Assembly (NCBI GenBank): GCA_028534125.1
Contig: CM052816.1
Location: 10,170,001-10,234,000, forward strand
Direction of reading: 5' to 3'
Length of the DNA stretch: 64,000 bases
Source of the DNA: Lama glama
Taxonomy: Eukaryota
Within the stretch, counting starts at the first letter, position 1. The number at the start of each line of letters is the position of its first letter. Shown here one piece after another: positions 56,281 to 64,000 of this stretch. Under the pieces are notes generated by a model. The model made no database searches. It worked only from the letters and a program-made list of their open reading frames with translations, and was not told where the DNA came from. A program made the position numbers and the translations under genes.

Positions 56281-56717
56281 ACCCGGAATAAGACATTACC
56301 AGAGAGTGACTAATGCTATGTATATGTCCAAAGCAGGCAAGAGAGAGACAGGAGGAAGTAAGGAAGAAAAACATGTGGCTTTTTGGCAGGTAGTAAAAAC
56401 ATACTGCAAATAACTGTACAAATATTTTTCCTACTAAATTAATGATTTATGTTCTACTCTTAAACCAAAGACTAACTTAAATTATATATAAAGATACCCT
56501 CCTTAAAATGCAGTGACTCATGCTTCTTTCCTTGTAGCATTTACCGAAGTCATTTTTGTCAATGATCTAGCAGCTGCTAAAGGCGCCCGAGAAGGCACGC
56601 TGACTGCTCTTGGTGGTTGCTGACTAAATAGCTCAGTTCCGTGCGTTCTAGTGGGACTTTTACTGTAAGCAGGGGAACCCCAGGAAGTTGCAAGAGATAC
56701 CATCTGCCCATGCATTC

Positions 56718-57365
56718 ATCTTTTTCTTCCAGTTTTATTGAGATATGATTGACATTCAGCACCGTGTGACTTTAAGGGGTACAGCATGATGATTTGACCT
56801 ACATACATCACGAAATGATTATCACAATAAATTTAGTGAACATCTATCATCTATAGATACAAAATTCAAGAAATAGAAAGAATTTTGTTTCTTGTGCTGA
56901 GAACTCTTAGGATTTACTCTCTTAACAACTTTTATATATAGTATACAGCTGTGTTAATTATATTTATCATGTTGTAAGTTACATCCCCAGTACTTATTTA
57001 TCTTATAACTGGAAGTTTGTACCTTTTGACTGCATTCATCCAGTACCTTCCCCCTCAACCCCTTGCCTCAGGTAACCACAACCTGGTGGTTGTGGTTTTC
57101 TATGAGTTTGTTTGTTTAGTTGGTTGGTTTTGAAGTCTAATTGACCTACGTTATGTTAGTTCCTGTTACACAACCTAGTGATCAATATTTCTGTTCACTT
57201 CAAAATGATCACTAAGATAAGTCTAGTTACACTCCGATCTGTGGTGGCACAAAGATGCTACATAGTTATTGACTGTACTCCCCACAGTGTACATTTCATG
57301 CCCATGACTCATCTATTTTGCAACTGGAAGTTTGTACCTCTTGATTTCCTTCACATGTCCCTTTC
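56718..57365 (-). mobile_element. L1 3' end, antisense (Laurasiatheria-type)
   Basis: cagttttattgagatatgattgaca, gtacttatttatcttataactggaagtttgtacc (core motif repeated near 57320). Confidence 0.8.
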
Positions 57366-58659
57366 CTCTATGCATTCTGTACTTTTATGCTAATAAATTG
57401 TGTAGCACTAATTCTTCCATGTTAGACATCTACCGAGGAAGACAAAGGAAAGAGGAGAATGAAAAGAGTACAGAAATAGCTATCAGCAGTTTTAGCTGTT
57501 ATGTCCAGGTTACAGTGACCCACTGAAAATCCTCCTCTTCTGAAGAACACCACAGCCGCTCTGGTCATTTTGAAGTTGGGAAGACCAGGCAGATAACAGG
57601 TGATCATGATTCTGCATCCATGTACTATTTCATTTTTGATGATACTTCTCTAGTGTCAGCCATGAATTCTTGAACTGGCCAGCTCAATATTTTCACTTCC
57701 TACCTAGTAACTATAAACCATGTTAAAAGGTACCTAATACTGTATTATTGTTCTGATCCCCCAAAAGGGATCAGTCACAAATGCTGTATTATGAAAACAG
57801 CCACAGTGACTAGTCACAAATTCTCCATTAAAATAGACAAATGTTTATTTCTTATTACATTTACATTTTTTTTGATCCGTCTTTCCACTAATACCTATCT
57901 GTAGGTGACCTATGGGTTAATGGCTTTATGACCAATCTCTGCAGTATGCGTTCTTTAAGAGAATTTTGCTCCTATTCTTTTATATCGGTTAAAAAAAAAA
58001 GTCCATTTGATGCATCATTTTATGCTAATTAATCGGCCCTTCCTTTGTGTAAATATATCCATTAGCCTTTATCTAGTCGTATATTGTATCTTTGGAGTCT
58101 GTAACAGTGCCTCATATATACTAGGTGCTGAGTAAATTTTAAGTTGATGGACTGAAGTATGGGTGGATGAATAAATAAATACCTGGGTAAATGAATGTGA
58201 AAGCAGATTTGTGACATGTTAGAGCAGAGCCCTGGATAACATAACAATGTAATACCAAGATAACTATCCACTCTATTCTTTATCTGTCATTTGGAGAATA
58301 ACTTAAAGAATGAATGAACAGAGTAAAGAATATATTCACAAATATATTCTTCCCTAGCACCATCGTGGGGACACCTTACTTTCTGGAGTCAGTACTTCCC
58401 CTCAGACACTCTTATAACTCATTCTTCACACAGCAGCCCAAGCAAATTTTAGGAAACACAAATCTAATCAGGCCCCCTTCCTTGAGAAGGCAGCACCTTT
58501 AGGGTCAAATCGCAGTTCCTTAATGTGGCCAACAAAGCCTGTCTGGTCAAACTGCAAACAGCCTCTCAGGTTTCCTGTTGCTCCAGGATCTGCCATGAGG
58601 AGCCATACTCCCCCTGCCTCCCACAGGGTTCTGCACACGCAGTCCTTGTGCACAGAATA

Positions 58660-58968
58660 CAGTCAGCCCTCTGTATCCACGGGTTCCACATCCTTGGATT
58701 CAACCAAAGGTAGATAGAAAATATTTGGGGAAAAATTCCGTAAAGTTTCAAACAGCAAAACTTGAATTTGCCACATGCAGGCAACTATTTACATAGCATT
58801 TCCATTGTATTATGTCATCTAGAGATGACTTAGAATATACGGGAGAATGTGAGTAGGCTATATGCAAACAGCTGACCATTTTCTGTAAGAGACTTGGACA
58901 TCCTCGGGTTTTGGTAAGGGGTCCTGGAATCAATCGCCCGTGCCCCCATGGATACAGAGGGACAACTA
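58660..58968. mobile_element. MER2-like TcMar-Tigger MITE
   Basis: Terminal inverted repeats cagtcagccctctgtatccacggg / cccatggatacagagggacaact (19/24 match); preceded by TA. Confidence 0.85.
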
Positions 58969-59611
58969 AACTTTCCCTCCTGCTTTATCTAATAAACACC
59001 TGTTCGCTCATCCCCCAGATCTCAGCTCATTTGTGATTCCCTCAGGAGAGTCTTCCTAGATTTCACTTCTGGTCAAATTTTATATGCATTGCAGGGTTTC
59101 CTTTTTGTTTTTTTAATTACTATATCTCTCCTTCATTGCATATAAAATTCATGAGGGCAGAGACCTTACATGCTTTCTCCACTCTTGTACCCCAAATGCC
59201 AAGACAGTGTCTAGCAGATAACTGACAATAAATACTTTTTTAATGATAGTGATGATATTACAATAGAAAAGGACATCTTGTTTTATAACTGAAAAAGCAC
59301 ATTTGGTGTCCATTATTTTATGTAATACTTAAACAACCCTGCAGAATAGATACTATTATACCTCTCAAAACATTAATTTCCCAATATAAAAAATTACCAA
59401 GTCATAGCATCTACTGTTTTTCTAATGATTAAGTGATATTATATAAGTAAAGTAACCAGCATCATCCCTGGCTCATAAAAAGGATCATTAAAAGCCGAGT
59501 TCCTCGGACGCACCAAGCATTTGTTTTAGATAATGCATTCGGAGATGTGCTCTCGTCTACCTGGACCCCGTTTCACACAGCACCGTCAACTAGTTAATGT
59601 CCATTTGTCTT

Positions 59612-60111
59612 NNNNNNNNNNNNNNNNNNNNNNNNNNNNNNNNNNNNNNNNNNNNNNNNNNNNNNNNNNNNNNNNNNNNNNNNNNNNNNNNNNNNNNNNN
59701 NNNNNNNNNNNNNNNNNNNNNNNNNNNNNNNNNNNNNNNNNNNNNNNNNNNNNNNNNNNNNNNNNNNNNNNNNNNNNNNNNNNNNNNNNNNNNNNNNNNN
59801 NNNNNNNNNNNNNNNNNNNNNNNNNNNNNNNNNNNNNNNNNNNNNNNNNNNNNNNNNNNNNNNNNNNNNNNNNNNNNNNNNNNNNNNNNNNNNNNNNNNN
59901 NNNNNNNNNNNNNNNNNNNNNNNNNNNNNNNNNNNNNNNNNNNNNNNNNNNNNNNNNNNNNNNNNNNNNNNNNNNNNNNNNNNNNNNNNNNNNNNNNNNN
60001 NNNNNNNNNNNNNNNNNNNNNNNNNNNNNNNNNNNNNNNNNNNNNNNNNNNNNNNNNNNNNNNNNNNNNNNNNNNNNNNNNNNNNNNNNNNNNNNNNNNN
60101 NNNNNNNNNNN
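59612..60111. other. Assembly gap (500 N)
   Basis: Run of exactly 500 N, probably a fixed-size placeholder. Confidence 0.99.
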
Positions 60112-60467
60112 AAAGAGGCTAATACTAGACCCTGTCTCATAGTGGTGTTATGAGGGATAAATCAATAAATTGATGTTCAGAGGAATAAATCAATAGAACC
60201 TGGCATATAGTAAGCCTTCAGCATATTTAAACTATTATTATTGTCATTATTTTTACTATTACATCTGGAAGATAATATAGGGGAGTCAGGAATTGGGGAT
60301 GATCAAAGATTTTAGAGTATCTATTTTTAAGAAGTGATTTATAGCAAGTGACATTTATGTCCAACTGTTATGAGTATGAAATTAGTTGGCAAAGAAAAAA
60401 ATGATTGCATAAACATTATTAAAATAAGGTTATTTCCTGCCAAAATGGCTAACATTAAAAAGATTGA

Positions 60468-60703
60468 CCTTTTTTTTGCTCTTATTTTTTTACTGAAGTG
60501 TAGTCAATTTACAATGTTAGTTTCAAGTGTATAGCAAAGTGATTCAGTTATACATATACATACATACATATATGTATTTTCCATTTTTTTCTATTATGGC
60601 TCATTACAAGAAGTTGAATATAGTTCCCTGTGCTATACAGTTGGTCCTTGTTGTTTATCTGTTTTATAAATAATAATGTGTATCTGTTAATCCCAAACTT
60701 CTA
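60468..60703 (-). mobile_element. Artiodactyl-type L1 3' end, antisense, nested in an older L1
   Basis: Poly-T, tgaagtgtagtcaatttacaatgt, gcaaagtgattcagttata, gaatatagttccctgtgctatacag. Confidence 0.8.
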
Positions 60704-60704
60704 A

Positions 60705-61435
60705 GAATTTACCATTTTTTAATTCAAACTGAAGTTCTTATCTAGTGCCAGAAGGAGTAAAAATGGGTACAACTACATTGAAATGGCTTAGTATCATCCA
60801 TTAATATTGAGCAGGCACAAACCTGTGGTCCAGCAATTCACTACTAGATGTATTCCCAGTAGAAATCTATGTGTCTGGTCACTAAAAACTCCATAGAAGG
60901 AGGTTTACCGCAGCATCATTCTCGGTAGCCTCAAACTGGAAACAACCCCAATGTCCATCAAGAGCAGATTGGATAAATAAATTTATACCATGTAATACTA
61001 CAAAGACATAATAATAATAAATGAATTCCTGCTACATACAAAAACATGGGCAATCTTCCCAAAATAAAGTTAAGAGAAAAAAGGCAGGATTAGATAATTT
61101 GAATGAATGAATGAATGAATGGTTTGAAATGAATGGTTCATTTATATGCAATGAATATACAGAGTTAAGCATATACAGTGTTATGACTATATAATGAACA
61201 CATAGTGTTGAATACTGTATAGTGAGATGAATGTATAGTGTTAGATGTCTGGGTAGTAATGACCCTGAAGAGGCAGGGGTAATGACTGGGAAAGGACACA
61301 AGCAAGATTTTTTAGCAACGTTCTAGTTTTTTCCATGGGAAGTGGCTATTCAGGCATGTTCACTTTGCCATAATTCTGCAAACTACACACTTATGATTTG
61401 TGCTCTGTTATACTTCAGTGAGAATTTTTTAAAAA
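60705..61435 (+). mobile_element. Old L1 (L1ME-like) 3' fragment
   Basis: ccagcaattcactactag, aaactggaaacaaccccaatgtccatca, acttatgatttgtgctct. Confidence 0.65.
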
Positions 61436-64000
61436 GAGGACCCTTGATAAGGTTGGATTCAAGGTCAGTCCCCAACAAGATCCAAGATGGGATTTGCTCT
61501 CTGTTCCCAGGATCGCAAACTTTCAGTCTCCATTATTGTTGGAGACGAAACCTTAGAAAAGACTATGGCCTTACCACAAAATAATCTAAAAACAATGACG
61601 TTTCTTAAAGGCACTAAGCAGTAAACCACATATTACGCTCAGTTCCCCCACAAGCTAATAATTCCATATAACGCTTAAAGAAGCGAAAAAAAGTTCTTCC
61701 ATTTCCACAAACCTATTTGTCTTACCATTTCCCTTGCTCTGCACAGTGGGAATTTTCTTTTTTCTTTGTTTTTGAATTGGCTAGAACCAATTTGGAATGC
61801 ATTTGAATAGATTCTTACCAAAAAAAGTGATTTGTGAATTTTTCTATTAAAAAAAGTTTCAAGTTCAGTCACCCAGTCATTCCTACATTTGGGGATACCA
61901 TTTTGTCCCTCAAAGTATTTCATCATAAATTTAATATTCAGAACTCCCAATTAAAAAGACCCCTCATTTTCATCACTACTTAACACTTGTAGTTATGTAG
62001 TTAGTGTGTGTTTGCTTAAATTTCTGTCTCACATACGAGATCATCCACTTCATTGAGACAGAGATTAAATCTTTTTTGGCTCTTTTTTTATATATTCAGG
62101 ATCTAGAAGATATAGGAATAAAATAAATGACTAAATATTTGTATGAGTTACCAATGTCAATATGTTTCCAAACATTTTTAAGGGAGCAGCCACAAATCTG
62201 CAGATCCCGATATATCAAGTATATAAAAGTTAGGGTGCCAGATTGTCTTCAGGTATCTCTATACAGTCCTAAGGATCCTCATAGCAGAGTATGAAGACAA
62301 TATGAGGACCTAGATAAATAACTGTACTGTTTTCTATGCTGGGTAGAACTCTTCATGTATTCAGCTAGCGGGAAATTTTGTGGATGAATCTAGCAGAACT
62401 GCAATACACAAGAGCAAAGCAAAGAGACACTGGACCACTGTGAAGCCATTATCATTAACCTCATCAGTCAACCCAAGCCTATTATTTCGTGTGGACTCTC
62501 CCTTTCCATCATTCAGCAATTTGTTCACCCGTGTGAAGCTGTCAAGTAGAATAGTGAAAATAGATCTTTATTTCCCGAACAATTACTCTGTGCTTGTGCT
62601 GTGCTAAGCACTTGACAAGCATGATGTTAGGTAATCCTACTTATTATTACCATTTTGTAGCTGAAAGAAGTTGAGGCTAGAACATATTTAAAAACTGGAC
62701 ACAAATCAAATATCTGCTAAATTGGGATTTGAATCAAATTATTGGTTCACTCATTGATTCAGCAAATATACATTTTTGAGTGTCTGCTTTGTTAGATCTG
62801 ATTCCTATTTATCCCTAAACAACTTCCATATACCACCACCAGCTAAATGCCTATTGCAAAGATGCCCCACATCTTCCCCAAATCCATGTATTCATTTTCT
62901 TTTTTACCACGAGTGAGAAGTCTTTTAGCTTACTATTTTAAAAAAATTATCATTAATATTACTCTGAATGACAGTCAATATCAGTCAAAGGAAGGTATGT
63001 TTGCCTTGTATGCTATGCATCCTAATTCTACTCCTGAGAAGGTCTATAAGGAGCTAGCCCCATCCTCCCAGGAAAGAGCAGGAATGATGGTCACCTTGAC
63101 CATGGCCTTGAACATGAAGCTTAATGGAGTAGAGACTGGACAATGAACAGAATGATAAAAGAGAAATTAAACACAGTAGACTCCCAGGCATCTGTCTGTG
63201 GTTAACTCTATGGAAAACAAAAAGTGATTCAGGGAGAAATATAAAGAATCTTTTCCATCTTACCATCTACATTCCATGTGAGCCTCTCATCAGCTTATAG
63301 TCCAGATGTTCCTTTTCTGAACTTAGATTGTACTTACATTCCTATTCAGAGGACCATTTTTATTTGAAAATCTCCAAGGCTTTTTCCCCAGAATCAGATG
63401 GAAAAAGCAAGACAATATAAAATGAAGAGATTATATCATCCAACTCTACAAGAATCCTATTTAGAATCCTCCTCCAAACCAGGCTTTTTTTCCTTATTGG
63501 GCCATGTGGTTAGTTAATTAGGAAGAATGATGTTTCTGTTATTTTGTTTTTTGACTTAGAGAATTCACAGATATACATAGAATTGACTGGGATTTGGTTT
63601 TGGGACATACACTGTGTAGTGGGGTAAAATTAGCCCAGAGAGATCATTTCAAGGCTTCTAAAGAAAATGTCAGAATAGTGACTTGGATAGGGAGATTGGC
63701 TTCTCCAGGAAATGTAGCTCTAATCTCAAGGGTGATGTCTAAGAGCTGAGAAGAGGTGAGAGACTCACATTAGTTCTCAGTAAACTTCTGAGTCCACACA
63801 AGGACCTCAGTGGTTGTATATGACTGCTCCTTCTTGTGGTTTGTATAGTGTCCGATGTATAATGCATGCATTTTCTGCTTTTTTGCATGTGATTCTTCAT
63901 AGGAAGAAGCTAATGAACTTAATACTATGAGATATTTACTCAGAATTACTAGAAGTGATAATATACTATGTAGAAAATCAATATGAAAAGCAGGCAAAAT

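Noticed and set aside
59533..60153. Long ORFs of 181-206 aa
   Set aside because: Artefacts of translating through the N gap
63880..63986. Acceptor-like ttcttcatag followed by a 27-codon open frame as the terminal exon
   Set aside because: No resemblance to a JAKMIP C-terminus that I recognise; such sites are common by chance in AT-rich introns

Overview
Mammalian (eutherian) genomic DNA containing the complete coding region of JAKMIP2 (Janus kinase and microtubule-interacting protein 2, also called NECC1) on the + strand. Twenty GT-AG-bounded coding exons run from ATG 4199 to TGA 53704-53706. They total 2463 nt (820 aa) and give a long coiled-coil protein ending in the hydrophobic tail FLFLFLFFSLAFILWP. 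The non-coding first exon and the terminal 3'UTR exon were not found in the window. The introns carry ordinary repeats: L1, L2, MIR, hAT/Tigger MER elements, one intact antisense solo LTR and two tRNA-derived SINEs. The SINEs resemble camelid Vic-1, suggesting alpaca or camel. There is also a 500-N assembly gap. I found no CRISPR array, operon or wholly new gene system. The most unusual signal is a 112-bp, ~93% identical inverted local duplication (3795-3906 vs 5591-5702), captured at the 5' junction of an L1 fragment. It brackets the start-codon exon and could drive circularisation or skipping of that exon. Other notable points are a strong-Kozak uORF, 19/19 phase-0 coding introns, and the tail-anchor exon architecture with candidate alternative C-terminal exons. 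Repeat family names come from recalled consensus sequences, not a database search.
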